A DNA stretch of 64,000 nt from an uncultured bacterium (GTDB lineage Bacteria; Omnitrophota; Omnitrophia; Omnitrophales; Abzuiibacteriaceae), in NCBI GenBank assembly GCA_964387845.1, contig CAYLXA010000002.1, positions 1 through 64,000 on the forward strand, written 5' to 3'. The position numbers and the translations under genes are program-made. The notes below the pieces were generated by a model, which was not told the origin of the DNA, searched no databases, and saw nothing but the letters and a program-made list of their open reading frames with translations. Positions 10,580 to 20,123 of this stretch are shown here, one piece after another (the stretch's first letter is position 1; the number at the start of each line of letters is the position of its first letter).

Positions 10580-11793
10580 AAAAATTTGTTTATCAAGCCA
10601 AGAAAAAACCCGGTGAATTTGTGAATGGATCATTGATGGCCGATTCGCAAGATGAAGCTATCGACAAGATAAGTGCGCAGGGCTTATTTCCAATTGAAGT
10701 CAAAGAAGAGGTGGCTCAAGAAGTTCCCAGAACAGCGGTGCCGCAAAACTTTTCAAAACGCATACCCTCACGAGACTTGATCATGTTTTACCGGCAAATC
10801 GCCAAAATGACGCAATCCGGCATTCCAATTTTAAGAGCTATTGGTTTTATTTACGACCAATCTACGAAATCGCCCCTGAGACCCGTTTTAGAAAATGTGC
10901 AGACCATGATCGGCCAGGGCGAGAACTTTTCGGGCGCTCTTAGCCGGTACCCGCGCGTATTTTCATCCTTTGATTTAGCTATGATCGCAGCCGGAGAGAG
11001 TGTTGGGAAACTGAATGAATCGCTTTTGCAGCTTGCAAAACACAGGGCCGACCAGCAGGCGCTTTTGTCGCGCGTCCGCGGTGCGTTGGCTTATCCGGCA
11101 TTTATTCTCGTGATGGGTGTTTTGACCGTAAGCTTCATGTTGACGCATGTGATTCCGCAATTTTCACGCTTTTTCGCCGATCTCGGCCAAAATTTACCCA
11201 TTCCGACACAAATTTTGATCGCAATTAGCCAGTGGCTTCAGGCAAACTGGGTTGGGATTGTTGCTATATTGGTTTTTCTATTTTTTTTATTACAGCGGAT
11301 TTTAAAATCTGAGAGCGAAAGGCGGATTTTTGATCGCCTGGTCCTTAAGGTTCCGCAAGTTGGGAATTTGATCTTAAAAGTGGAGATTGCACGATTTAGC
11401 CGATCTCTTGAAATTTTAATCAAGAATAAGATGCAGGCGCTTCAAGCGGTCTCAATCGTGATTCCGATTGTTCAAAATCGCTCCATCCGAGATGAGTTGG
11501 AAAAAAGTCGCCAGCAAATGGAGCAGGGCGGTTATTTGAGCGAAGGCCTAGGGCAATCTGAGGTTTTTCCGAAATTTGTCCATTATCTCATCAGAACGGG
11601 CGAAGAGTCGGGGCGTTTGGATGAAGCGCTTGCCGAAATTGCGGATTGGTACGAATCGGAAATTGATGAAACCGTCAAAGTGACAACCAGTTTAATGGAG
11701 CCCCTTGTTATTTTAGTCGTCGGGTTTATTCTAGGTCTGATCGTTATAGCGGTTTTGATGCCGGTATTTAGCATGAACGCCGCGATTCAATAG
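10576..11793 (+). CDS. gspF: GspF/PilC inner-membrane platform protein
   Basis: GspF-type duplicated cytoplasmic domains and three TM segments. ATG overlaps the gspE stop (ATGA). Confidence 0.85.
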   Translation: MKKFVYQAKKKPGEFVNGSLMADSQDEAIDKISAQGLFPIEVKEEVAQEVPRTAVPQNFSKRIPSRDLIMFYRQIAKMTQSGIPILRAIGFIYDQSTKSPLRPVLENVQTMIGQGENFSGALSRYPRVFSSFDLAMIAAGESVGKLNESLLQLAKHRADQQALLSRVRGALAYPAFILVMGVLTVSFMLTHVIPQFSRFFADLGQNLPIPTQILIAISQWLQANWVGIVAILVFLFFLLQRILKSESERRIFDRLVLKVPQVGNLILKVEIARFSRSLEILIKNKMQALQAVSIVIPIVQNRSIRDELEKSRQQMEQGGYLSEGLGQSEVFPKFVHYLIRTGEESGRLDEALAEIADWYESEIDETVKVTTSLMEPLVILVVGFILGLIVIAVLMPVFSMNAAIQ

Positions 11794-11810
11794 CTAACAG
11801 AGGAATTAAA

Positions 11811-12251
11811 ATGAAACATTATTTTCATCATCAAAAAATGTACCAGCGAGGGTTTTCACTTATCGAAATTCTGCTGGTTGTTGTTATCATCGGAACGCTT
11901 GCCGGCATGATGATTCCGCGGATTACGGGGCGTTCCGAACAGGCCCGCATGGCAGCTGCCAAAGCAGATGTTAACGTTAACATTCCAACGGCGCTAAAAC
12001 TTTACGAACTCGACAATGGGTTTTTTCCGACAACTGATCAGGGTTTGACCGCGCTGTTAAAAAGACCCGATACTCAACCGACACCACAAAACTGGAACGG
12101 GCCGTATCTAGAAAAAATGCCCATCGATCCTTGGGGCAGGCCGTATCATTACAGTTCGCCTGGGGTCAATCGGCCGCACGATTATGACTTATTTTCTTCC
12201 GGCAAAAACGCCGGAAAGGAGAAGGTGGATGATGATATCAAGAACTGGTAG
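11811..12251 (+). CDS. gspG: Major pseudopilin GspG
   Basis: Prepilin N-terminus QRGFSLIEILLVVVIIG. GspG hallmark DPWGRPYHY. Confidence 0.85.
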   Translation: MKHYFHHQKMYQRGFSLIEILLVVVIIGTLAGMMIPRITGRSEQARMAAAKADVNVNIPTALKLYELDNGFFPTTDQGLTALLKRPDTQPTPQNWNGPYLEKMPIDPWGRPYHYSSPGVNRPHDYDLFSSGKNAGKEKVDDDIKNW

Positions 12252-12660
12252 ACGGCGGGCTAGCGCACCTTGTTTAAAATCGCAAACCGGGGTAACTCTG
12301 GTTGAAACCTTGGCAGCCGTTGTCATTTTATCAATCGGGATTGTCGCGGTGTATCAACCGCTTCTACGGTCATTGACGGTGCTGCATGAAATGGATGCCC
12401 GGCTGGAAGCGGACCGGTTGGCATCAGATGAGCTTTGGTTGTTAAAAATGAACCAAACTCGTCTCCAGGCCCTCTCAAAGGCTTCCGAGCAAAGTCAGGC
12501 TGTTGGTGCCGAGCGTGCTTATGCGTACGCAATTGAATCAAAGCCCCTCACAGAAGATAAGGTTTTAAACATGGTTCGTTTAAGGATGGAGTGGAATATC
12601 TCAGGCCGTTTAAAAGGAATTACGCAAACCAGTTATGTTGAAATTCCAAACGCGAATTAA
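12229..12660 (+). CDS. Minor pseudopilin (GspH/I-like)
   Basis: Prepilin-type N-terminus GVTLVETLAAVVILSIG. About 143 aa. The ORF-track start at 12184 overlaps gspG, so the ATG at 12229 is preferred. Confidence 0.65.
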   Translation: MMISRTGRRRASAPCLKSQTGVTLVETLAAVVILSIGIVAVYQPLLRSLTVLHEMDARLEADRLASDELWLLKMNQTRLQALSKASEQSQAVGAERAYAYAIESKPLTEDKVLNMVRLRMEWNISGRLKGITQTSYVEIPNAN

Positions 12661-13258
12661 ACAAACCGCCGGTTTTACCCTAGTGGAAACCATGCTGGCG
12701 GTTCTTATTATTTCAATCGTGAGCGCAGCGCTCTATGGGATTTTTTCCAATGGTGTCCAGGTCTGGCATCGCGCTAGTACTCCGAAGCTAAACTACGAAA
12801 TCCATTTCTTTTTTGAGCAATTAGAAGCGGATCTCCGGAATCTTTTGCCGAACGATCAAACACCTTTCAAGGGACAAAACTATTCTTTTGAATTCTCCTC
12901 ACTGAGCCCGAGCGTAAAAATTGTTAATGCCGCAGAATCGCGCGGCGTGCCGGCCCGCCTTAAGTATGATTTTCACAGTTCAAAACACTCCGTCAGCCGA
13001 ATCGTGAGAGATTATTACAACATTCTGAATAAACAAACCAAGCCGTCGTCAGAGCGAAATTTGCTTCAGGGGATCAGCCGGTGTACGTTTCAATATTTTA
13101 AGAAAGTAAATGAATTACAGGCGCCTTCTTGGAATAATAGCTGGTCAGACCTCTGCGTGCCGAATGCGGTCAAAGCAAGTGTCGAATATATGGAAGCGGG
13201 GCGCCTGCGTGTATTGACCAAAGTAATTCCTATTCCGGCGGGCGGGTGTTTTGTATGA
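12635..13258 (+). CDS. Minor pseudopilin (GspJ-like)
   Basis: Prepilin-type N-terminus AGFTLVETMLAVLIISIV. 207 aa. Confidence 0.65.
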   Translation: MLKFQTRIKQTAGFTLVETMLAVLIISIVSAALYGIFSNGVQVWHRASTPKLNYEIHFFFEQLEADLRNLLPNDQTPFKGQNYSFEFSSLSPSVKIVNAAESRGVPARLKYDFHSSKHSVSRIVRDYYNILNKQTKPSSERNLLQGISRCTFQYFKKVNELQAPSWNNSWSDLCVPNAVKASVEYMEAGRLRVLTKVIPIPAGGCFV

Positions 13259-14760
13259 AACTCCCCGGAACGCCTGCAAGTGGTTTGGGGCTGAAAAAGG
13301 CATCTAAGTCCAGCGAGACCATTTTAATCGAGCTGAGCGACAGCCGTATCAAAATCGTATCTCTCAGCGAATCACAGGGCAATTTAACCGTAGAAAGCGT
13401 TGCGCAAAAATCGGTTGTCGGGCTGTCAGACCAAGATGTTGCGGCATTTATCGCGCAATATTACAAGAAGCAAAATATTAAATCGAAGCAACTGGTTTGC
13501 GCGATACCTTCCGGTTATTTGATTTCCAAAAATGTTGATATGCCTTCCAGTGATCCGGAGGAAATAAAAAAAATAATTGATTTGCAGGCGGGGCGTTATA
13601 CGCCGTATTCGCGCGAGGAAATCGTCATTGATTATCTCTCAAGCAGCAAGCCCGGTCAGCACTACACCAATGTTTTATTAATTATTGTCCATCGTAAAAA
13701 TATTGATCGGCTACTCAAAATCAGCGAACTTGCCGGTCTTGAAGTATCCAGGATTGTCTGCGCATCAGAAGCAATGGCGCTCATTTGCGACCAAGTCCGT
13801 CAGCGCATCCTGCAGAAGAACTCAGCCGTCACAGGGATCCATGTTGCTGAGGAACAGATCGATTTAATATTTTCTGACCAGGGCCAACTTGTTTTTGCGA
13901 GAAGTATTCCGGTCGGATTTCGTCACTTTTCAGCCGGAAAGGAATCGGCAGATGCCGATTTTGCAAAGGAGCTCGACCAATCTTTTTCGGCTTATCAAAG
14001 CCAGGGCATCGGCCAGCCCGTTGAATTGGTTGCTTTTTCTGGCCTTGCCAAACAGTTGGCATCGCTGGAGGGTACGATCAAAAGCTCCGTTCCTTATGCG
14101 TCTGCCAGTTCTCTTGTGTTTGAAATGATACCGGAGGAAAAAGAGTTTCACTTATCAGATGAAGCTTTGGCAGCTTGCAAAAATGATCCGGAGGTATCAT
14201 TTTTTTCGGTTATTGCTTCGGTTTGGATGCTTAAATCACTTAAGCTTGACTTCGTCCCGAAGGAAGTAAAGCTAAGAAAAAAAGTTCAAGAGGGGAGCCG
14301 AGATATTATTGCTTTAGGCGTTCTTTTGATGACCCTTATTTTGTTGATCTGTGTTTTCCTGGGCGTGCAGATTTATCTGAAAAAGGACATCATCAAGCGG
14401 CTTGAATCTATTAATGTGAAGACGTCTGACCAAGCCAAGACCCTCGAGCAGGCTTCCACCAAGAGCCGTGTTCTGCGTAATTTGCTGGATAGCCGCGGAA
14501 AGGGCCTTTATGTTTTTGAGAAAATATCAACGGTGATCGGTGAGGATATTTATTTGGCTAGTTTTAGTTTTGATAAAGACGACATTATTAAATTGGCGGG
14601 CACCGCAGATTCCATGTCGCGTGTTTTTGCATTTGTTACCGAATTGGAAGAATCTCAATATTTTAAGGATGTTAAAACCAATTCAACAAAATCCAGGCGC
14701 CAAGGCCAGCGAGAAGTGGCTGATTTTGAAATCGAGTGTACGTTTTCCGAAGGTATTTAA
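13255..14760 (+). CDS. PilM-PilN fusion / GspL-like assembly protein (cytoplasmic actin-like domain, one TM, periplasmic domain)
   Basis: N-terminal PilM-like region, then TM IIALGVLLMTLILLICVFLGV, then a PilN-like C-terminal domain. ATGA overlap with the upstream gene. Confidence 0.6.
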   Translation: MKLPGTPASGLGLKKASKSSETILIELSDSRIKIVSLSESQGNLTVESVAQKSVVGLSDQDVAAFIAQYYKKQNIKSKQLVCAIPSGYLISKNVDMPSSDPEEIKKIIDLQAGRYTPYSREEIVIDYLSSSKPGQHYTNVLLIIVHRKNIDRLLKISELAGLEVSRIVCASEAMALICDQVRQRILQKNSAVTGIHVAEEQIDLIFSDQGQLVFARSIPVGFRHFSAGKESADADFAKELDQSFSAYQSQGIGQPVELVAFSGLAKQLASLEGTIKSSVPYASASSLVFEMIPEEKEFHLSDEALAACKNDPEVSFFSVIASVWMLKSLKLDFVPKEVKLRKKVQEGSRDIIALGVLLMTLILLICVFLGVQIYLKKDIIKRLESINVKTSDQAKTLEQASTKSRVLRNLLDSRGKGLYVFEKISTVIGEDIYLASFSFDKDDIIKLAGTADSMSRVFAFVTELEESQYFKDVKTNSTKSRRQGQREVADFEIECTFSEGI

Positions 14761-14775
14761 CAAAAAGAAAAACAT

Positions 14776-15411
14776 ATGATTGATGCATTCTATGCAAAGT
14801 TAAAAGGAAGGGAACGAGTACTTTTCGTGGCGGCGGTAAGCTGTGTTGTTATGGTTTTGATGGACCGGCTTGTCATTGGCCCCATTTTGTCACAGATGAA
14901 GCTGATGGATGCCGAGATTTCCGCAAAAACACAGACAGTCCGCCGGAATATGCGAATCCTTTCATTTCGCGATAGTATTTTAAATGATTATTCGCGTTAC
15001 AGCGCCTACTTTGACTCGGTAAATCGAAAACAGGAAGAGATTATTTCCAGACTTCTCAAGGAAATCGAATCAATCGCTGCTCAGAAATCGATCACAATTG
15101 TTAATATTAAGCCCGGTGATGTGCAGGAAAATCCGGTCTTTCATGAGTATAAAACCACCTTGGAATTTTCAGGTAAGCTGTTGGACATACTCGGTTTTAT
15201 GAGCTTGTTGGAAGAATCTGACTATTTGTTCAGAATCACTGAATTTTCGATGACGCCGAAATCAAAGAATTCAGATGTTATGAAGTGCGTCCTCAATGTG
15301 ACCAGAATATTGATGACAGCCGAAAATGTGCCTTCACCGGCGGTAAGCGTGGCGCAGCCGTCTAATGCAGCCGCGCCCGGCGCTTTACCGTTTGGAGGGG
15401 AACCGGCGTGA
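14776..15411 (+). CDS. PilO/GspM-like bitopic assembly protein
   Basis: Single N-terminal TM, a coiled coil and a ferredoxin-like C-terminal region. Position follows the GspL-like gene. Confidence 0.5.
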   Translation: MIDAFYAKLKGRERVLFVAAVSCVVMVLMDRLVIGPILSQMKLMDAEISAKTQTVRRNMRILSFRDSILNDYSRYSAYFDSVNRKQEEIISRLLKEIESIAAQKSITIVNIKPGDVQENPVFHEYKTTLEFSGKLLDILGFMSLLEESDYLFRITEFSMTPKSKNSDVMKCVLNVTRILMTAENVPSPAVSVAQPSNAAAPGALPFGGEPA

Positions 15412-16115
15412 AAATCTTATCTTTTTTTTGCGCTTGGTTGCTTGCCTGGAATGCGGTCTCATGGTGTGAAACCGGCCAAAAACAGAGGGCGCAAGAATTG
15501 TACGGAGAGAGCATCGAACTTCTAAAACAGGAAAAGGTAAGTTTGGCGATTGATTTGTTGTTGGAATCGGTTGAGTTAGATCCTGGCTTTGCACCGTCCT
15601 GGAATGCGCTGGGTTTGGCGTATATGGGCAAGGACGGCTATGCGGCAGATGCCATCGACGCATTTACGCAGTCGCTTGAGCTGAGCCCTGCTCAACCGGA
15701 TGTCTATGCGAACTTAGGCATTGTGCATAGCAGCGACACAAAGGATTATGCTTTGGCAGAAGAATATTTGACTAAAGCGCTTGCGATGGATCCGGAAAAC
15801 CTGCGCGCCAACTTCGGAATGGGCTGGGTCAATTTATGGCACAAACAGGACGGTACAGGGGCGGTTAAATCCTTCAAAAAAGTGCTTAAAAAAGAACCTG
15901 AAAACTTTATGGCGCATTATGGCGTCGGTATGGCTTATTTGGCACAGGACAATCGGGCAATGGCGCTCAAATCAATTTCAATGCTGCGGAAGTTGCGCAA
16001 GAATGATTTGGCAATTCAGCTTGAGTCTCTGATTCAACCTCGCGAGGAAGCCGCAGGGCCTGACGCTTCATTTGGAGCTGATCAATCAAAGGATTTTAAC
16101 TTAGGAAGCTTTTGA
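15408..16115 (+). CDS. TPR-repeat exported protein (PilF/PilW-like pilus-biogenesis TPR protein)
   Basis: Signal peptide plus repeated W-LG-Y-A-P TPR-like units. GTG start overlaps the upstream stop. Confidence 0.6.
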   Translation: MKILSFFCAWLLAWNAVSWCETGQKQRAQELYGESIELLKQEKVSLAIDLLLESVELDPGFAPSWNALGLAYMGKDGYAADAIDAFTQSLELSPAQPDVYANLGIVHSSDTKDYALAEEYLTKALAMDPENLRANFGMGWVNLWHKQDGTGAVKSFKKVLKKEPENFMAHYGVGMAYLAQDNRAMALKSISMLRKLRKNDLAIQLESLIQPREEAAGPDASFGADQSKDFNLGSF

Positions 16116-16120
16116 TCCTG

Positions 16121-16468
16121 TTATTTTGAATCAATCGCTTTCTGGCACTGATACTCCAAAATACCCACGGTTTGCGCAAGCGCTTCGATGCGGGAATTTT
16201 GCTCATTGATATAAATGGTCAGGAATAGGGTTTGCAGCAACAGGAAAGCCAGCAAGCAAAAAAAAGCAAAGTTGCTTGGTAGTGTAAAACCCATCCAGCT
16301 TGAAATTTGAAAAAGCGCCTGGTCAACAATGGAGAAAAAGAGGGCAATAACTGACGTTCCAAGCCACAACACAGAAAATTTAAATGTCATTTTTTGCCGC
16401 CGGATTAAATTAATGACGACCAGCATAATCACTACGGAAACAAAAATTGCCACGGTTCGTGCTTGCAT
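16121..16468 (-). CDS. DUF2304-like small membrane protein (glycosyltransferase-associated)
   Basis: 115 aa with three TM helices. Sits immediately beside a Dpm1-like GT2, as is usual for this family. Confidence 0.5.
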   Translation of the reverse strand: MQARTVAIFVSVVIMLVVINLIRRQKMTFKFSVLWLGTSVIALFFSIVDQALFQISSWMGFTLPSNFAFFCLLAFLLLQTLFLTIYINEQNSRIEALAQTVGILEYQCQKAIDSK

Positions 16469-16480
16469 GAGATATGCTCC

Positions 16481-17188
16481 TTATTTTTTTTCTTTTAAAA
16501 GATCCACCAAAATTGCAAATGTTACTTTTATCATGTAATACAGAGTGGCAAAATAGCGGATTGAAGATACACCGCTTTTTCGTTCGCGCATGTTAACAGG
16601 GACTTCCCCGATACGCGCAGAAAGCCGGTTGGCAATCTTGATTGCTTCCGGCTCAGGGAAATCAATCGGGTAGTAATCTGCAAAATAGGGAATTAGTTTT
16701 TTGCCCGTTGCGCGGAAACCGGATGTGGGGTCGGTTAAATGAATTCCGGTTAAAATACTCAAAAGGTTGGCAAAAAAACGGATCCCAATCCGGCGCGTGA
16801 ACGTAGATTTAAAGTGGGATGACGTGGTTAAGAACCGGCTCCCAATGCAAAGATCCAGCTTGTCGGACAGGACCGGTTCTAGGATTGTGTGCAGAAATGC
16901 CGGATCATGCTGAGCATCGCCGTCAAGCTGAATAACCGCGTCGTATTTTTCTTTTAAGGCAACTTTGTACCCGGTCTGGACGGCGCCGCCAATACCCAGA
17001 TTAAAAGGGTGGGTAACGATTGATGCGCCTCCAGCAACCGCTTCATCGCGAGTTGTGTCTTTAGAGCCGTCATTAATAACAAGCGGCGTATAGGTTGGAT
17101 ATTCACGCTTGATGGTTTGCACTAACTCACGGATTGAGCCGCTTTCGTTATAGGCGGGTATAACAATTAAAACTTTTGGTAGCGACAT
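16481..17188 (-). CDS. GT2 polyprenyl-phosphate sugar synthase (Dpm1-like)
   Basis: VLIVIPAYNE. INDGSKD. LDGDAQHD, a GT-A DxD region. Confidence 0.8.
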   Translation of the reverse strand: MSLPKVLIVIPAYNESGSIRELVQTIKREYPTYTPLVINDGSKDTTRDEAVAGGASIVTHPFNLGIGGAVQTGYKVALKEKYDAVIQLDGDAQHDPAFLHTILEPVLSDKLDLCIGSRFLTTSSHFKSTFTRRIGIRFFANLLSILTGIHLTDPTSGFRATGKKLIPYFADYYPIDFPEPEAIKIANRLSARIGEVPVNMRERKSGVSSIRYFATLYYMIKVTFAILVDLLKEKK

Positions 17189-17253
17189 GCGATTATCTTA
17201 TCGTTGCGCAAGGCCAAGCTCAAGTCAATTCTATCAACGGAAAATTGAACCAC

Positions 17254-19800
17254 ATGCTAGCTGACAAACGATCGATAGGATATTTCATATCCTTTATTTT
17301 GGTTGCCGTATTTTCTCTTCATTTACGGACTGCATGGATCCAAAATCCCGGTCAGGAATCCCGGACAAATGCCAAACAAATGGCAAGCATGCTCGTTCTG
17401 GCGTCTGTACGTGAACAAGTTAAGGCTTCTGTGATTTCCGAAAATCCGGGCCGTGACGCACGGGAAGTTGACCGAATAGTATCGGAGCAGGTTGAAAAAG
17501 TCATTCAGTCAGATAACCGTCAGTTCGAAGAAGCCATTCGAAATGCCGAGACTGAAATTGCGGCGCGGATACAGCAAACCCAAAAAAACCGCCAGCAGCC
17601 CTTTCTCTTGGAGGCAGATCCGTATTATTACTATTACGCTGTCCAGAAAATCGAGGAGGAGGGCTCGCTATTTTTAAACCGAAAAGACGGCCTTTTTTTT
17701 AACCCGCTGAGACTTGCGCCTTCCGGTTCGTGGGATTGGCTGACGCTTCATCCTTATGTTGGATATTTTCTTCACCATTTTTTTAAAATATGGAAGCCGG
17801 ATCAGGTCATGATGGAATCGCTCGGATGGGTCCCGATTTTGTTGTCCATGATCGTTGCGATATTATTTTTTCAGATTTGCCGAATCATGAATTTTGAAGC
17901 GCTCCCTGCATTGCTGGGCGGTTTTGTTTTAATGACGGCGCCCATTTTTATCCAGCGCAGCGCCTTTGGATGGTTTGATACGGATCCTTACAACTATTTA
18001 TTTCCGCTGGCCGTGCTGATGACGCTCATGCTTTGCATCCAAACTAGGTTTCGAGGCGGCTTTGCAGGAGCTCTTGGCGGTTTTTTGACGGGTTTATATG
18101 CATTATTCTGGGCGGGTTGGCCGTTTCTATTGGTTTTGGTTGTGATTGCTAGCGGTTCCATTGTTTTTTTGGAGTGTTGGAGAGTGAAGAAGTTAAATTG
18201 GGCCCCATGTTTTGAATATCTGATTGCGTACCTGTTTTCGTCCATTTTATTTTCATTTGTCTTTATTACGCCAAAGAGCACTATCGATGTTATCTACAAT
18301 GGATTGGTTTTTATTCCAAAATTCTCAGTCTCAACATTCGAAAGCTGGCCAAGCGCATTTCTTACCGTCGGTGAAGCAAAATCAATTTCATTGCAGAAGT
18401 TAATTTTTTTAACAGGGAATTATGTTATTTTTGGGATAGCACTGATAGGATTTATTGCCTCGGGTATTTATTGGTATAGACGGAAAAAAGACAACTCCAG
18501 ATTTTACGAATGGCTTGTAATCGCGTTATTTGCGCTTCCTTTATTTGTTTTATCCATTAAAACCGAGCGTTTTTCTGTCTTGTTTGCTCTCCCGCTTGCA
18601 CTGCTTGTTGCTTTTGGTGCTGAGTGGTTGATGCGCATATCAGCCGTGCTTTTTGGCCGCGCTAAGGATGAGAAGTCTAAAAACTTTGCACCCAAAGCCG
18701 CTGCCCTTGTACTCCTTCTTGCTGTCTTGCCGATGGGGTTTGTGCAAGCCAACATTGTCTCGCGGCAAATATCTCCCATTATGGATCTTGTTTGGTATCA
18801 AGCACTTACAGAAATTAGGGACCAAACACCAGAGAATGCAATTGTTCATAGTTGGTGGCCGCCCGGTTATTTTATTATTTCGGTCGCGCGCCGGAGGGCA
18901 TTGGTGGACGGCGGAACGCAGGAACGCCCGCAATCTTACTGGATCGCTAAGGCATTTTTGTCGTCTGATGAAAGCCAGTCGGCAGGTATTTTGCGCATGT
19001 TGTCCACAAGCGGTAATGAGGCAATGGATTTTTTGCAGGGTAAATCGATGAGCTTGTCAGACGCATCCAATCTAATTCTAGACATCGTCAAGCGCCCACG
19101 ATCGCAAGCATTCGATGTGCTGCCAAACCAATTTACAAAACAGGAAAAATTGAAGCTGCTTGACCTGACGCACGGCGAGAACCCTGCGCCGAGCTATGTA
19201 TTGTTGTATAAAGATCTGATTGATCAAAATTTGGCTGTGACGCTGATGTCCGAATGGGACTTCGAAAAGGCAAAAGCGCTGGAGACTGCAAAACATACCG
19301 GCAAAGAAAAAAAGACCGCGCAATCAAATGCCGAAAACTATATTCAAAACATGTTGCAAGTAACCGGCGGCGTTTTGAAATACTGGCCGCAATCTGAAAT
19401 GAGGCGGCAAGATGGAAAAGTTATCTATTTTCAGAACGGAGTCAGTATTGATCTTGAAAGCGGAGACGCAAAAATTCAATCGCCCGGTGCGGGGCCTAAC
19501 GGAAATTTATTGAGTTTGTTTTATCTTGATGAAGATGCGCTCATCGAGAAAGAAAGCAGCGAGCCCTCGGTTGACGCCTCCGTTTTACTGATCCGTCGAA
19601 ATGATGTGTATGCTTGTGTGGTGGCGGACCGAAAGCTGATTCGTTCCATGATGTTCCGGTGGTATTATTTAGACGGCAAAGGACTCTCGCTATTTAACCT
19701 ATTTACAAAGCAGGACAGTGAAGACGGTAGTAATCGCGTAAGTGTATTCCAGGTGAATTTTGAGTCTGTGCTCGCAGCTGAAACCGAGGTGAAAGCATGA
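17254..19800 (+). CDS. STT3/AglB/PglB-family oligosaccharyltransferase-like membrane protein (variant WWPPG motif)
   Basis: EL1 motif ADPYYYYYA. Later TDPYNY. TVGE (TIXE/SVSE-like) motif. SWWPPGYF after about 13 TM helices. Large C-terminal soluble domain. The ORF-track start at 17176 overlaps the GT2, so the ATG at 17254 is preferred. Confidence 0.65.
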   Translation: MLADKRSIGYFISFILVAVFSLHLRTAWIQNPGQESRTNAKQMASMLVLASVREQVKASVISENPGRDAREVDRIVSEQVEKVIQSDNRQFEEAIRNAETEIAARIQQTQKNRQQPFLLEADPYYYYYAVQKIEEEGSLFLNRKDGLFFNPLRLAPSGSWDWLTLHPYVGYFLHHFFKIWKPDQVMMESLGWVPILLSMIVAILFFQICRIMNFEALPALLGGFVLMTAPIFIQRSAFGWFDTDPYNYLFPLAVLMTLMLCIQTRFRGGFAGALGGFLTGLYALFWAGWPFLLVLVVIASGSIVFLECWRVKKLNWAPCFEYLIAYLFSSILFSFVFITPKSTIDVIYNGLVFIPKFSVSTFESWPSAFLTVGEAKSISLQKLIFLTGNYVIFGIALIGFIASGIYWYRRKKDNSRFYEWLVIALFALPLFVLSIKTERFSVLFALPLALLVAFGAEWLMRISAVLFGRAKDEKSKNFAPKAAALVLLLAVLPMGFVQANIVSRQISPIMDLVWYQALTEIRDQTPENAIVHSWWPPGYFIISVARRRALVDGGTQERPQSYWIAKAFLSSDESQSAGILRMLSTSGNEAMDFLQGKSMSLSDASNLILDIVKRPRSQAFDVLPNQFTKQEKLKLLDLTHGENPAPSYVLLYKDLIDQNLAVTLMSEWDFEKAKALETAKHTGKEKKTAQSNAENYIQNMLQVTGGVLKYWPQSEMRRQDGKVIYFQNGVSIDLESGDAKIQSPGAGPNGNLLSLFYLDEDALIEKESSEPSVDASVLLIRRNDVYACVVADRKLIRSMMFRWYYLDGKGLSLFNLFTKQDSEDGSNRVSVFQVNFESVLAAETEVKA

Positions 19801-20123
19801 GGCAAGCAGGTTTAAAAATATATACGGTTTTTTTGGCGGCTTTTCTCGTTGCACAATCGGGAATTTTGCTAGCCGAAGATCAAATGGCTCAAGATAGCGG
19901 TATCCGAAAATATGGGGTTGTTCACAATATTGCCGATGACCGCAAAGTTGAAAAGGTGGGCGGTATTTACGAGCCTGAGGGATTGGATAAGTATTTGCAA
20001 AGGCGGTTAGACGATGTGACTGCCCGCTTGGATGAATTTTCAGAAAAGTTAAACAAGATTGACCAAAAACTAGAATCCTTGAGTTTGCAGTCGCGAACAG
20101 CGTCCGACGGCGATCATTCATGA
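19797..20123 (+). CDS. Small exported coiled-coil protein
   Basis: Signal peptide followed by a coiled coil. Both start and stop are coupled to neighbours by overlap. Confidence 0.4.
   Translation: MRQAGLKIYTVFLAAFLVAQSGILLAEDQMAQDSGIRKYGVVHNIADDRKVEKVGGIYEPEGLDKYLQRRLDDVTARLDEFSEKLNKIDQKLESLSLQSRTASDGDHS

Noticed and set aside
12184-12228. 5' extension of the minor pseudopilin ORF (start 12184)
   Set aside because: It overlaps the gspG C-terminus. The ATG-ATG at 12229 places the prepilin-like hydrophobic segment at the expected distance from the N-terminus.
16469-17253. ORF-track start of the STT3-like gene at 17176, overlapping the minus-strand GT2
   Set aside because: A 13-nt overlap with the convergently or divergently arranged GT2 coding region is implausible. 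The ATG at 17254 precedes the first TM helix directly.
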